From: a phage
Length of the DNA stretch: 64,000 nt
Assembly: GCA_017676145.1 (NCBI GenBank)
Contig: GCA_017676145.1_3628.1
Direction: 5' to 3' (one strand)
The position numbers and the translations under genes are program-made. The notes beneath the pieces are model-generated. The model was not told where the DNA came from, did not search any database, and worked only from the letters and a program-made list of their open reading frames with translations. This document shows positions 52,843 through 62,611 of this stretch, one piece after another. Within the stretch, counting starts at the first letter, position 1. Each line of letters starts with the position of its first letter.

Positions 52843-54825
52843 TTATTTGATGTTATTCTTTGTATCGATCAGTTCACGGTATTCAATCATAGCAGGGGTG
52901 TCCCAATATTTCAAGCCTACATGCTTTAAAAGTGGATATTTCTTTTCCAATCTTGCAATATAGGCCTTCCCGCACTTAACTCGGTTGGCGATTAAGACTT
53001 TGGCACGATGATTCAGCTCACCATACTTCCACGTGGTGCTACCTTCCCACTTGTGGAAATGTGGCTGATAATTTCCAAAATCCTGCATGGGTATAATTTT
53101 ACCTAACTGTCTGTACAGGCTGTCATATGAAGTTTCATTTGCTGCGCGAGTCAGTAAGAATTTCCAAGCATCCTCTTTCAGCAAATGTTCCACATTCTTC
53201 TCTGTAACATATTGGCAATTAGGATCAGTCCAAAGCAGACGAGATTCTGATACCAGGTACAGATCTTCACCTTCAGGGATCTGGAGTGCCGCACGCACAC
53301 GGTCATAATTTTGCTGGTAGATGTTACTCATCTGCCCTAGCCAACAACTTCCGCGTTGGATATCCCCCTCATACGGTATGCAGTGCTTAATCTTCCTGAA
53401 CTCTGCCTTAGTAATACGCTCACGCCGGAAGTAACCATCCTTCTCAAGTTTTTTAACCCAATAACCTGGTTCGTAACGGGTTTTGGTTTCACCTTTCTTC
53501 GTAGGTCGGCGTGGAAGCTCCGATAACAATTTGACCGTATCTGCAAAAAACGGATGGTGTGCCGCCTCTTTAAACTCTTTCACCAGATCCGTGTTACGGC
53601 AATAGAAAACGTTGCGTCCGGTGATCTCGCTTAAGTAGTTACACTTATTTCGGTTATATTTACCGTCTCCGTCGTTAAATACTAAATAAACTCCCCGTAA
53701 GAATTCTACCTTTCCGTAGCAGGCGTAACCTATGCGGCCTTTATTTAAGCCGCCAGCGAAGATCTCGCAGTCCCCCAAATTCCCTAGCCCTGTTTCTTCC
53801 CAGCGGTCATACATAAAATTCTTACCGAAGATGTGCCCGAACACTCCACTGTTCTTCATCATCTCGCGTGCTTCTGAGGATGTTTTTGCTGTCTTCAGTT
53901 CTGCAACAACTTCTGCTCCACGAAGGCGAATGCCTTCTTTGACAAAAGCTTCCAAACGCTCTTGGAATCCACCATCATCGTGACCTTCTATGGTCCATTC
54001 ACGCCCTGGGTTAATATTGCAATCTCCGATAGGGATCTCTACACAAATTGCAGGATAATCTGTTAGTGTTTCCAGGAACTTAGAACGGTAAGGTTGGTGA
54101 CCCATTACCACACGACTCTCGTCAGAACTGGTATAGCCCTTCAGGATGGTCATCTTCCAACCATCTTTTTCATAATAATACTGCGCCTCTACTTTGTCTC
54201 CCTCCAGCATCTTGCTCGTCATCGGATCGGTGACAGTGAACGGAAATTTTGCATAGCGCAAACATGATGCAATAGCAGTGCGATATTTCAGAACATGCTC
54301 TTTCTTAACATGAAACTGAACTTTTACCCCGTTGTGCTCTTCAGTCTTCCGCTCACGGATCTTGGTGACATTTGGGATGCCCTGATCCAAGAACAATAGA
54401 TATGTGCTTTCCACACCATTGTGCACACTGATTACATCGAAAGTGTCTACCATGCTGAACGGGGCCTTTGAACCAACACCCTTATTACCAACCAGAGCGT
54501 TGCTATTGCGCTTGGTTGACTCACCGAGGTTCATGAAGGTGTTGCGGACCATCTCTTCTGACATGCCTAGGCCAACGTCCTGCACAAAGAAGTAGGGTTC
54601 AAGATCTGTAGGAGAGTGAATAATGATCGGTACATCACCCCGTCCAGACTCAACATGGGAGTCTACAGCATTGAAGATTGGTTCACGGCAGCTTGCCAGC
54701 ACCTTATCTTCATAAATCCCTTTAATGATTAACCCAAAAGTCTCTTTATTCAGAGAAATTGATCCCCTTGTGACCTCCATATTCCCAGTTAGCACTGCTT
54801 TAGTTTCATTACTGTTTACAATCAT
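52843..54825 (-). CDS. rIIA: rIIA-like protein with N-terminal GHKL-type ATPase motifs
   Basis: N-box-like EPIFNAVDS, G1-like VQDVGLGMSEE, G2-like GNKGVGSKA in first 120 aa; 660 aa total, size and motif order as in rIIA family. Confidence 0.55.
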   Translation of the reverse strand: MIVNSNETKAVLTGNMEVTRGSISLNKETFGLIIKGIYEDKVLASCREPIFNAVDSHVESGRGDVPIIIHSPTDLEPYFFVQDVGLGMSEEMVRNTFMNLGESTKRNSNALVGNKGVGSKAPFSMVDTFDVISVHNGVESTYLLFLDQGIPNVTKIRERKTEEHNGVKVQFHVKKEHVLKYRTAIASCLRYAKFPFTVTDPMTSKMLEGDKVEAQYYYEKDGWKMTILKGYTSSDESRVVMGHQPYRSKFLETLTDYPAICVEIPIGDCNINPGREWTIEGHDDGGFQERLEAFVKEGIRLRGAEVVAELKTAKTSSEAREMMKNSGVFGHIFGKNFMYDRWEETGLGNLGDCEIFAGGLNKGRIGYACYGKVEFLRGVYLVFNDGDGKYNRNKCNYLSEITGRNVFYCRNTDLVKEFKEAAHHPFFADTVKLLSELPRRPTKKGETKTRYEPGYWVKKLEKDGYFRRERITKAEFRKIKHCIPYEGDIQRGSCWLGQMSNIYQQNYDRVRAALQIPEGEDLYLVSESRLLWTDPNCQYVTEKNVEHLLKEDAWKFLLTRAANETSYDSLYRQLGKIIPMQDFGNYQPHFHKWEGSTTWKYGELNHRAKVLIANRVKCGKAYIARLEKKYPLLKHVGLKYWDTPAMIEYRELIDTKNNIK

Positions 54826-55322
54826 TTATTGCGCTCCTTGTAGTAGATATGACTCCCGAATTGAGCTGTCCTCTGCATCTTTTTTGCCCATTCCGGTCGT
54901 ACTTTTGTTGTATGATAGTGTGTTGCTCCACCTGTTATATCCATAGCCATGTATGCAACATGGTTGTTATTATAGACCTTTAGAAGCATCTTTGCAAGAC
55001 TTTTAGCGTGATCCCATGAATCTTTTTCTGTCACCTTAAAAGTTTTGCCGTGGTTTGTCCACGAAAACTGGTTAGGTTGGTAGACAATCTTTCTTATAGT
55101 GTCTGGGTATTTAGGGTGAGATTTCCTGTTTAGTGTGGCAAACCCAGATGCCAACATACCCATCGTGCCATCTCCTCTGGCTTCCCTGTAGATATTGCAT
55201 GCCAGAATGTTCTCCTTAGTATCCGATGGCTTGCAGGTGTGATATACTTTTTGTTTTGGTGCTGCAACAACAGGCAGCGATAAAAGTGCGCTCAAAATAA
55301 TAGCAAAGATCTTAATTTTCAC
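54822..55322 (-). CDS. secreted SleB/CwlJ-family cell wall hydrolase
   Basis: N-terminal signal peptide MKIKIFAIILSALLSLPVVAAP; catalytic-domain motifs NIYREARGD, LNR, IVYQPNQFSW match SleB/CwlJ. Confidence 0.65.
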   Translation of the reverse strand: MKIKIFAIILSALLSLPVVAAPKQKVYHTCKPSDTKENILACNIYREARGDGTMGMLASGFATLNRKSHPKYPDTIRKIVYQPNQFSWTNHGKTFKVTEKDSWDHAKSLAKMLLKVYNNNHVAYMAMDITGGATHYHTTKVRPEWAKKMQRTAQFGSHIYYKERNK

Positions 55323-55332
55323 AATAACTCCA

Positions 55333-55359
55333 AATAGAAAATCCCCGCCGAAGCGGGGG
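55333..55359 (-). terminator. rho-independent terminator
   Basis: - strand ccccgc-ttcg-gcgggg hairpin followed by ATTTTCTATTT. Confidence 0.6.
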
Positions 55360-55371
55360 TGGTCTTAGAAA

Positions 55372-55752
55372 TTAGTCGTAGTGTGCCAAAATCTCTCCAT
55401 CGTTGCAAGTTCCCTCTACGAAGTTGTGAAGATTCATGCACTCGTCTTGGTAGAAGAATTTACCGCTTTTCAGCCGTAGACCAAACAACTCCGCATCTCC
55501 ACGATGGCAAGCCTCTACAAGTTCATAGATTTCATACGGTAACTCTCCATCGTCATGGAAGAACCCCGCTTTATCGTTGACATAGATGAAGAAATAGTCA
55601 CTGCTGTCGCAAGCGTCTAATATTTTAAACCAGATTTCATCTACATCTTTTTCTCTGATATCGATCACGCAAGTGGAGCTGCATTCGTACTCCTTCTCCG
55701 GCTCCTCGGTCAATACCACCAGGTAGTTTCCCCGCTTACCTACTTTAGCCAT
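55372..55752 (-). CDS. hypothetical Cys-containing protein (126 aa)
   Basis: Track ORF. Confidence 0.5.
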   Translation of the reverse strand: MAKVGKRGNYLVVLTEEPEKEYECSSTCVIDIREKDVDEIWFKILDACDSSDYFFIYVNDKAGFFHDDGELPYEIYELVEACHRGDAELFGLRLKSGKFFYQDECMNLHNFVEGTCNDGEILAHYD

Positions 55753-55761
55753 ACAACCTCC

Positions 55762-56946
55762 TCAAGCTTTAGCTAAAATGGCGCTAAACTCTTCACCAAA
55801 CTCTTTTACAATCTTCATCAGGTTTGGGTATGCTTTGATCAGCTGAGCAACGATCTTGTCCCGGCCTTTACCAATAAGTAAGGCATTTCCTAGGGCGTTG
55901 GGTTTCATCATCGCCATAAAGACTGAGAATACAAAGTCTCGGTTCTCATCCTTGAAATTTTCCCAAAGGAAATCAAGGAAGTTTGCCACGCAGCTAACAA
56001 GATCTTCGTCTGAGACACTTGCATTTTCCATCATATTCCGAATAGCAATACAACCTTCAGACCCAAGAATCCACAAAATATCTGGCTGCTTAGGACCTAC
56101 ATACTCTTTGCAACCCCCTGCCATAATCCGACCGATTTCTGGCAAGTTTCGTTTCTTGGTGTGGTAGGTCCAGATTTCTACCGCTGCAGTGTGACCAATA
56201 GCACCTTGCAGAAGAACACGAGCCATAGCGTCAGAAATAATACCGCTGTCAAAATCGTGCAGGATGTCAGATGCAGCAACCCAAGATCGCGGTGTAGCAA
56301 AAGATGGACAATTAATCTCAGCCATAGCCTCATAATTATCGATAGCTGATGGAACTCTTTTCAGATATCCAATTACAGAGGAATGCACACCATTAAGGAA
56401 TGCGTAGTCCTCAATAAATACCTCTGCACTGCTTGTAACTTCTACAATGATAAAGCGGTTAGCCAGAGGGGCTTCGAGCGCTGAAAGAACAGCACCATCC
56501 GTAGCACGGTTACCTGCAGCTACAAAAACAGAGCCCTTAGGAAATGCATAGGTGCCGCACTTGTGGTCGAGCATAATTTGCATTGCAACCTTCTGCAGGT
56601 AGTTATCTGCATGAGTAAGCTCATCCAGAAAGATAATTCCGCTCCAGTCCGAGTCTGCAGGCCAAAATTCTGGAATTGCAAACACTGTGCGTGTAGTTCC
56701 ATCTGCCTCTACAGGGATAGGTAGTCCAGACAAGTCAGCAGGATCTTTATCTGACAGCCGCACGTCAACCAGGTTGTCATCTCGCTCACCGAACATATTA
56801 TCAGCAATCTGCTTCATCACCTGGCTCTTCCCCACACCCATCGGTCCTAAAATCAGGACAGATCGGTTATGACGCTGGGCAAATTGAATAATAGCTGGCA
56901 ACTCGCGGACAGTGATTTGACCACTTTCGAATACGTTTCTTGACAT
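55762..56946 (-). CDS. MoxR-like AAA+ ATPase
   Basis: Walker A ILGPMGVGKS, Walker B IIFLDELTHA, sensor-1-like VAAGNR; 394 aa. Confidence 0.75.
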   Translation of the reverse strand: MSRNVFESGQITVRELPAIIQFAQRHNRSVLILGPMGVGKSQVMKQIADNMFGERDDNLVDVRLSDKDPADLSGLPIPVEADGTTRTVFAIPEFWPADSDWSGIIFLDELTHADNYLQKVAMQIMLDHKCGTYAFPKGSVFVAAGNRATDGAVLSALEAPLANRFIIVEVTSSAEVFIEDYAFLNGVHSSVIGYLKRVPSAIDNYEAMAEINCPSFATPRSWVAASDILHDFDSGIISDAMARVLLQGAIGHTAAVEIWTYHTKKRNLPEIGRIMAGGCKEYVGPKQPDILWILGSEGCIAIRNMMENASVSDEDLVSCVANFLDFLWENFKDENRDFVFSVFMAMMKPNALGNALLIGKGRDKIVAQLIKAYPNLMKIVKEFGEEFSAILAKA

Positions 56947-57215
56947 TAGTAAAAGTCCTCTACTTGTGTGTAAGTGTTTTCAAAGTTTTCCAAAACAGAC
57001 ATCACATCGGATCTGTCAATATCATACGCAACTCTCCAGCCATATGCAACCCTTTCTGCTGTTGCCTCTTCTGGAGCTAGTCGTCTGCTGGCATGAAAGA
57101 GTGTTGGAGTACACTTTCTTGCTTGCCCTCTAACTTTCCCATAATAATATCTGTGAATATCTTTGTCAAAATTTAATTCTTTTTCTGCACGAAGTTCGTA
57201 CTGCTGGTATAACAT
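56946..57215 (-). CDS. hypothetical protein (89 aa)
   Basis: Track ORF; start overlaps upstream stop. Confidence 0.45.
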   Translation of the reverse strand: MLYQQYELRAEKELNFDKDIHRYYYGKVRGQARKCTPTLFHASRRLAPEEATAERVAYGWRVAYDIDRSDVMSVLENFENTYTQVEDFY

Positions 57216-57259
57216 CTCTACTGCTCCTTAAGCAGCATCCTTGCCGCCATCCCTACCCA

Positions 57260-57640
57260 CTAAAATGCAGTCCGAATCCAGACAAGGTTCTTATCTGCCC
57301 AATCATAAAGGCAAGTCATTGCACTATTGAATTGCTCACACGGAGGGTAATCTTCTTCCATCCGGCGCATAGCGGATCCTTGTGGGTATAACTCCAGTGC
57401 TGCAAACCACGCATCGTAGTCATCCACGGTGTCGAAGTAGTATACAACATCCTCCAACTCAGGATCGAACTTTGAACTATCAGGATCCAGTTGTTCAGGG
57501 AACTTGGAGCGTAACTTGCCAGCCACAATACTTGCCAACTCGCTAACATGCTTGTTGTCCCACTCTACCAGTTTCCCGTCTTCAGCTATGCGTCCTAACC
57601 ACTGATCATGAAGGTCAACTGTTGTCTTCCACTGGGCCAT
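57260..57640 (-). CDS. hypothetical acidic protein (126 aa)
   Basis: Track ORF; agaggtga SD. Confidence 0.5.
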   Translation of the reverse strand: MAQWKTTVDLHDQWLGRIAEDGKLVEWDNKHVSELASIVAGKLRSKFPEQLDPDSSKFDPELEDVVYYFDTVDDYDAWFAALELYPQGSAMRRMEEDYPPCEQFNSAMTCLYDWADKNLVWIRTAF

Positions 57641-57642
57641 TA

Positions 57643-57900
57643 TCAGTTCACCTCTTCTTCTCGTTGCAGTTCAAGATACCCGTAGGTCTGGATATCTTCA
57701 AGGGTGTGGAACTCCCCATCTGCCGCTAAGGCACGGACAACCTGGCATAGGGTTTTATAAGGTACTTTCTCCAAACCTAGATTCAGCGCAGGAAAAACCT
57801 TATCTAAGTCAACAAAATATACAAACTGTAGCTCACCAGTTTCAAAAGGCGTATCTTCGATAAACATCTTCTCGGCATTGGTTAAGATTTGCACTTTCAT
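57643..57900 (-). CDS. hypothetical protein (85 aa)
   Basis: Track ORF; start overlaps upstream stop. Confidence 0.45.
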   Translation of the reverse strand: MKVQILTNAEKMFIEDTPFETGELQFVYFVDLDKVFPALNLGLEKVPYKTLCQVVRALAADGEFHTLEDIQTYGYLELQREEEVN

Positions 57901-58256
57901 TATTCTACCTCCTCTTCTTTTTCTTCAGTATTAGTTTCAGTGCTACCCCACTCTGGAGTTTCCACCTCGATAGTAAACTCACGCACTACACGGTAATTGC
58001 CCATGAAGCGCTCCACTTCTTCAAGGCTTATGGAGAGGCCATTGGCAACCAAGTCTGCAGCACCCTTCTCTACCAGGTAGTCCAGATTGGCTTCCAAGGC
58101 TTCAGGCTCAAACCCTGTCAATGCAATCATATAACCTTCCCCTTCATCAAGGAGGGCAATACAGCCCAACTGATTTTCTTTAAAAAAGCAGTGACCATCA
58201 CTATTGATTGGGTGTTCATTACAGTAAATAGCTGCACGATAAGTAACTTTAGACAT
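57900..58256 (-). CDS. hypothetical acidic protein (118 aa)
   Basis: Track ORF; aaggagg SD. Confidence 0.5.
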   Translation of the reverse strand: MSKVTYRAAIYCNEHPINSDGHCFFKENQLGCIALLDEGEGYMIALTGFEPEALEANLDYLVEKGAADLVANGLSISLEEVERFMGNYRVVREFTIEVETPEWGSTETNTEEKEEEVE

Positions 58257-58268
58257 TGGTAGGCCTCC

Positions 58269-58547
58269 TTAGGCAACTGTCATTTTACATTCTTGAAATT
58301 TTAACACAAGACGGTGATTGTGTCTAGTGTCTAAAAAGATTTTTTCAACCATCAGGCACACGGTATAACCGTCCGTCTTGTTGACAACAAAATCCCCAGG
58401 GTGAGGGAGAATGTCTCCGGGATTGGGGAAACATAACCCGCTCAAGAAGGCATCATCGGTGGTGGACTTAATGGATTTCCACACACTATCTGCCTGAACA
58501 TTCTCACCCACATAGTATACACTACCACATGCCTTCATCATAGTCAA
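58269..58547 (-). CDS. hypothetical protein (92 aa)
   Basis: Track ORF; start overlaps upstream stop. Confidence 0.45.
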   Translation of the reverse strand: MTMMKACGSVYYVGENVQADSVWKSIKSTTDDAFLSGLCFPNPGDILPHPGDFVVNKTDGYTVCLMVEKIFLDTRHNHRLVLKFQECKMTVA

Positions 58548-59443
58548 ATCTCCGCGTAAATTAAACTGGAATCAGTATACTTCTTTAACGGGTAAATATC
58601 CTGTCCATAGATGCCGTCATTAAACACCTCATCTACCCAAAGGCTACACTTATATCCCATCATTTCTAAAACGCCCATCTCTTCTTCGGTAAACTTATCA
58701 CCACTCTTGCAAGATGTCAATACCTCATTCTGCACTCTTGCTACCTCGAAGCGGTTATTGGCAATATCACTATTGGCAATCAAATACTCACCTAAAGGGT
58801 GTGCAGCATTAAAGATGCACAGTGGACGGTTGACGTAATAGTCTCCCGGTGTATAAAAATTGTTGAGATCCTTCACCAGAACATTCTTATCAGTCACTTC
58901 ATTTATAACATCATGCATATCACACATCTTTATATGTTTGAGGATTCCATCCCCCATCACAAAATAAAAACTTGCTGAGACACTCTCGGCATAGATCTTA
59001 CTAGATCCGTTGTAGTTGTATTTTACGCGAATGCTCACAGGGGTTTTGCCTGTCGCGTTAGCCATCATCCAAAGGAACGGAAGTTCAAACTTCTCCTCTG
59101 AGGAAACAAAAGGTGAAGTTGCCAGAGATCGGAAACCACCAGAGAAGTTGAAAGTTACAGAGCCGCTCCGGCGATATGATACCGCATATTCTACTTTTAT
59201 ATCGACATAGCCGTTGGAGTAAGTGTGGCCTCCATTATCCAGATATGTCCACTTATCAGATCCGGATACCAGCCTACGCTCAATAACCTTCATTACTATA
59301 GGAATTAGCGGGTTGGTACAAACCGATTTTGAAGTAGCTTTATCATCCAAAGCCTCGTAAATTGCAGAAAGGATATCGCCTGCTGAGAGATTAGTTGTGA
59401 TATCTTGTTTCCATCGAGTGCTAAAGCTGTTAAGATTTGCCAT
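58544..59443 (-). CDS. hypothetical protein (299 aa)
   Basis: ATG at M15 of track ORF 58544..59485 (caggag SD), chosen because the - strand promoter -10 lies at about 59484-59489. Confidence 0.5.
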   Translation of the reverse strand: MANLNSFSTRWKQDITTNLSAGDILSAIYEALDDKATSKSVCTNPLIPIVMKVIERRLVSGSDKWTYLDNGGHTYSNGYVDIKVEYAVSYRRSGSVTFNFSGGFRSLATSPFVSSEEKFELPFLWMMANATGKTPVSIRVKYNYNGSSKIYAESVSASFYFVMGDGILKHIKMCDMHDVINEVTDKNVLVKDLNNFYTPGDYYVNRPLCIFNAAHPLGEYLIANSDIANNRFEVARVQNEVLTSCKSGDKFTEEEMGVLEMMGYKCSLWVDEVFNDGIYGQDIYPLKKYTDSSLIYAEI

Positions 59444-59483
59444 GATTAAGTACTCCTGTGTTCGTTTTCTTTCGAATGGGTGC

Positions 59484-59512
59484 ACTATATCGTGGATTTA
59501 GAGTAAAGTCAA
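59484..59512 (-). promoter_or_regulatory. sigma70-like promoter (TTGACT-17-TATAGT), leftward arm of divergent pair
   Basis: - strand ttgactttactctaaatccacgatatagt. Confidence 0.5.
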
Positions 59513-59525
59513 CACGTTTTTGAGG

Positions 59526-59554
59526 TTGACATATTCCCAGGCACTTGATAAGAT
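59526..59554 (+). promoter_or_regulatory. sigma70-like promoter (TTGACA-17-TAAGAT), rightward arm of divergent pair
   Basis: ttgacatattcccaggcacttgataagat. Confidence 0.5.
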
Positions 59555-59585
59555 TTCTCCACCTACAGAGCACAAGAGACAACTC

Positions 59586-60575
59586 ATGAATCTTGAAAAA
59601 TATTATACACCAGAAGAGTTAGAGCGCCTGCTCAAAAAATACAGACGCAAACAAAATAATGCACGGAAACGAGATATAGAGTTCAACCTGTCGTGGGAAG
59701 AATACCTCCTATTTGGTAAAAAACTTTTAGGAGAGGGGGTATGCGACTATACCCTTATACCTTTCGACATGCACACAGATGAAAACGGGCTGGGGAATCC
59801 TTTCTACCCATCTCTGGAGCGGATAGATGATGAAGGTCCTTACGCAATTGATAACTGTTGTGTGGTAGGATTGAGGTGTAACTCTCTGAAAGACTGCCTG
59901 GTAGATAAAAAGACCGCAATCTTGATTAAAGACAAAACTGATCGAAAAATTGTCCAGCAGATGATGCTCCACCTGAGCGAAGAGCGCATGGAGAAATTGA
60001 AAGGTGATTACACTTTTGAAGATTTCATCTTGCAATATGGGACGGAAGAGGATAAACTGGCACTCTTTGACGAAGAATGGGAGGAAGATATGTCACCAAT
60101 GCAGGATTTTAAAAACTTCATGGCTAACCGTGGAGCCAACAAGCACATTTCTGACATTGTAAACGAGCCTGCAGCAGAGGAGATTGAAGAAGTGGAGCAA
60201 CAGGCTTACGAAGAGGAAAAAGAGCCTCAAGGGGACGAAGAAGAGCTTACAGAAGAGGTTCCTGCACTGCCTGACGATGTTGAGATTGCCAAAGCTTACA
60301 CTTTCTATTGTCAGACGTTCTACGATGCAGGTATGAAAGTTGATCTGTCATTCAGTCAATTTAAGAGCACGTACATTCGAAAATGTTGTGCTTTAACTGG
60401 TGAGCGTCTCGGGGTCGGACTTAAACCACTATTAGTGACCGACTGGAATAAAGGTTTCACCAAGGGCAACTTTATGGTAGTATCTCCAATTATGGAGAAG
60501 GCTATGACAGACCTTATGAAGACCACTCGCATGACAATGACCGAGTTGGCTGGTATTTTCAAGCACGTTAAATAA
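59586..60575 (+). CDS. acidic protein with two HNH-like nuclease-type motifs (330 aa)
   Basis: ATG at M23 of track ORF 59520..60575; two segments resembling SxxRID..GY..xN..V...N..K (PSLERIDDEGPYAIDNCCVV...NSLKD and LTGERL...DWNKGFTKGNFMVVS); long Glu-rich linker. Confidence 0.35.
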   Translation: MNLEKYYTPEELERLLKKYRRKQNNARKRDIEFNLSWEEYLLFGKKLLGEGVCDYTLIPFDMHTDENGLGNPFYPSLERIDDEGPYAIDNCCVVGLRCNSLKDCLVDKKTAILIKDKTDRKIVQQMMLHLSEERMEKLKGDYTFEDFILQYGTEEDKLALFDEEWEEDMSPMQDFKNFMANRGANKHISDIVNEPAAEEIEEVEQQAYEEEKEPQGDEEELTEEVPALPDDVEIAKAYTFYCQTFYDAGMKVDLSFSQFKSTYIRKCCALTGERLGVGLKPLLVTDWNKGFTKGNFMVVSPIMEKAMTDLMKTTRMTMTELAGIFKHVK

Positions 60576-60587
60576 TGACAGGGGCCA

Positions 60588-62069
60588 ATGGCCCCTTCTG
60601 GAGTTTTAATGGATAGCAGAAGTTCAGAAATCATTGCCGCACAAAAAGATGACGCCTTGCGAATGCTGCAGGCAGCACGCATGTATCTTCTTGAAAAGCT
60701 GCCGTTTTATGGCACACTGTTGTCAGGGTTGCAGTTCGTAGAAAACCACACATGGTGCTCCACTATGGCAACAGACCATAAACGCATTTATTACAGCCCT
60801 GAGTTCATTATGGGGTTGGCGGATGAGCGCAAAACCATTCTTAAAGCATCTTTGACTGACAAGCAGTTTGAGATGGCTGAGGTTTTCTATTCCCCAAAAT
60901 CTGTGAAAGAGGTGGCATTTCTTCTATCGCATGAGGTGGGGCATATTATCTGTGATCATCTGGTCCGTGGCAAAAGTTTTGAGCCGGAGCTGTTCAATAT
61001 TGCCTGTGATCATGTTATCAACACAGGTCTTGTGGTTGACTTTAGCAAGCCTCCTTGTGTTTTCTTCCCGAAGGGGAAAAGCACTACGTTTGTAAAAGGT
61101 AAGCCTTTTGGCTTCTTAGCTAGTTGCTACTGTGACATGAGGTTCCATGGATGGATTGCTGAGAACGTCTATGCGGTTCTTGATAAGCAAAGAGATCAGA
61201 ATAGCGGTAAAAGTAAGAACGGTAAAGGCGAGAGCTCTCAAGGAGATAAACGACAAACCGATGATCACATGAGTGGTAACGGTGGCACTAGCGATGATCT
61301 TGGAAAGGCGATGGGGTATGATCAGCCACAACCAGTGATCAGTCAATCTGATAAAGATCAAGCCATGCAGGACTCTGGTGACATGTTGGAAGCAGCAATG
61401 CAGGCTTCCGGAGGTCGTTGCCCTGAGGCTGTGCGTGAGTTTGTCAAGAACAGAGGTAAGCCTGTAATCAATTATATAGACATCATTAAGCAACGTATGC
61501 TGTCTAAACGAAAGGCTGAACTAACCTATAGAAAACCCGGTCGCCGATCTGGGTCTTTGACCAGCACAATGCGAAAAGTTGGGGCTATAAACAAGAATCA
61601 GCACGTTGTTGTTCCAGGTCGTAATCCGGAAAACACTATAGATATTGTGGTGGCTCTAGACGTTTCTGGATCGATCTCCCAAAGAACTTTAAAGAAAATG
61701 TTCAATGAGATCACTGGGTTGTGCAATCTGTATAAAGAGTTCAAGGTTACGATGTTCTGCTGGTCAACCGAGGTTGGAGAGGTTAAAGTATACACTCGTG
61801 GGAACATCGACGAGATGATCAACTATGAGGTCCACTCAACATGGGGAACAACAGCCGCTTGCGTGTTCGAGTATCTGGACGCTAACATACCAAATGCAAA
61901 AGATGTCATCGTCCTGACCGACCTATACTTTGAGCATAACTTTGAACAAAAGGCTGTTGACAACAAGTGGAAAAAGTACGATACTCTATGGGTCCTCACT
62001 GAAGGGTATAATAAAAATTATATCCCGAGCTTTGGGAAAACTGTGGAATTAATCGAGTACGCTAAGTAA
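60588..62069 (+). CDS. von Willebrand factor A (vWA) domain protein with N-terminal HExxH metallopeptidase-like domain
   Basis: HEVGH zinc-binding-type motif in N-terminal half; MIDAS motif VVALDVSGS in C-terminal half; 493 aa; typical partner architecture of MoxR AAA+ ATPases. Confidence 0.7.
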   Translation: MAPSGVLMDSRSSEIIAAQKDDALRMLQAARMYLLEKLPFYGTLLSGLQFVENHTWCSTMATDHKRIYYSPEFIMGLADERKTILKASLTDKQFEMAEVFYSPKSVKEVAFLLSHEVGHIICDHLVRGKSFEPELFNIACDHVINTGLVVDFSKPPCVFFPKGKSTTFVKGKPFGFLASCYCDMRFHGWIAENVYAVLDKQRDQNSGKSKNGKGESSQGDKRQTDDHMSGNGGTSDDLGKAMGYDQPQPVISQSDKDQAMQDSGDMLEAAMQASGGRCPEAVREFVKNRGKPVINYIDIIKQRMLSKRKAELTYRKPGRRSGSLTSTMRKVGAINKNQHVVVPGRNPENTIDIVVALDVSGSISQRTLKKMFNEITGLCNLYKEFKVTMFCWSTEVGEVKVYTRGNIDEMINYEVHSTWGTTAACVFEYLDANIPNAKDVIVLTDLYFEHNFEQKAVDNKWKKYDTLWVLTEGYNKNYIPSFGKTVELIEYAK

Positions 62070-62084
62070 GAGAGGGGGTTATTT

Positions 62085-62348
62085 ATGGCAACAGAGTTAA
62101 AATTTGCATCAAACCGTAAAACTAAGAAATATCTGTCCTCAGTGGCTCCAGGCACTGTGGTGATGTTTGTTGATGAACTTGGGGATGTGAATACAGCACT
62201 TGTTGTAAAATCACATCCTGCAAACATATATGTTGGGGTATTTGACCTGTTCAGAAAAGTGTTTGTAGAACTACCCCACAGTTTAGTTGTTACAGAAATG
62301 GATGCCTGCATAGAAATTCTTGGCGAAGTTATGGTGGAGGAACAATAA
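62085..62348 (+). CDS. small protein (87 aa), paralog array member 1, C-terminal GEVMVEEQ
   Basis: Same length and K-rich N-terminus/GTVV core as next two ORFs; C-terminal tail resembles EVVEE family of block 1. Confidence 0.55.
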   Translation: MATELKFASNRKTKKYLSSVAPGTVVMFVDELGDVNTALVVKSHPANIYVGVFDLFRKVFVELPHSLVVTEMDACIEILGEVMVEEQ

Positions 62349-62611
62349 TGGCTACTAGCATTGTATTCAATTCTAAGGTGAAGAACAAAAAGCGTGCAGA
62401 CAGCTTTCCGTGTGGGACCGTGGTAAGTTGCGACGGAGACGGCATTCAAAACATAGTTATGATTGTCAAAACAGGAGAACATTGTGTGTGGGGGTTCGAT
62501 TTAGAAAATAATGAGTTGTACGATCTGCCACCAAACATGAAAGTTACAGAGCTTGACACCAAAATTACCATCCTTGGAGAGACAAGCTATTCAAAAGAAG
62601 GAGGAGAATAA
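62348..62611 (+). CDS. small protein (87 aa), paralog array member 2
   Basis: MATSIVFNSKVKNKK...CGTVV; start overlaps upstream stop. Confidence 0.55.
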   Translation: MATSIVFNSKVKNKKRADSFPCGTVVSCDGDGIQNIVMIVKTGEHCVWGFDLENNELYDLPPNMKVTELDTKITILGETSYSKEGGE

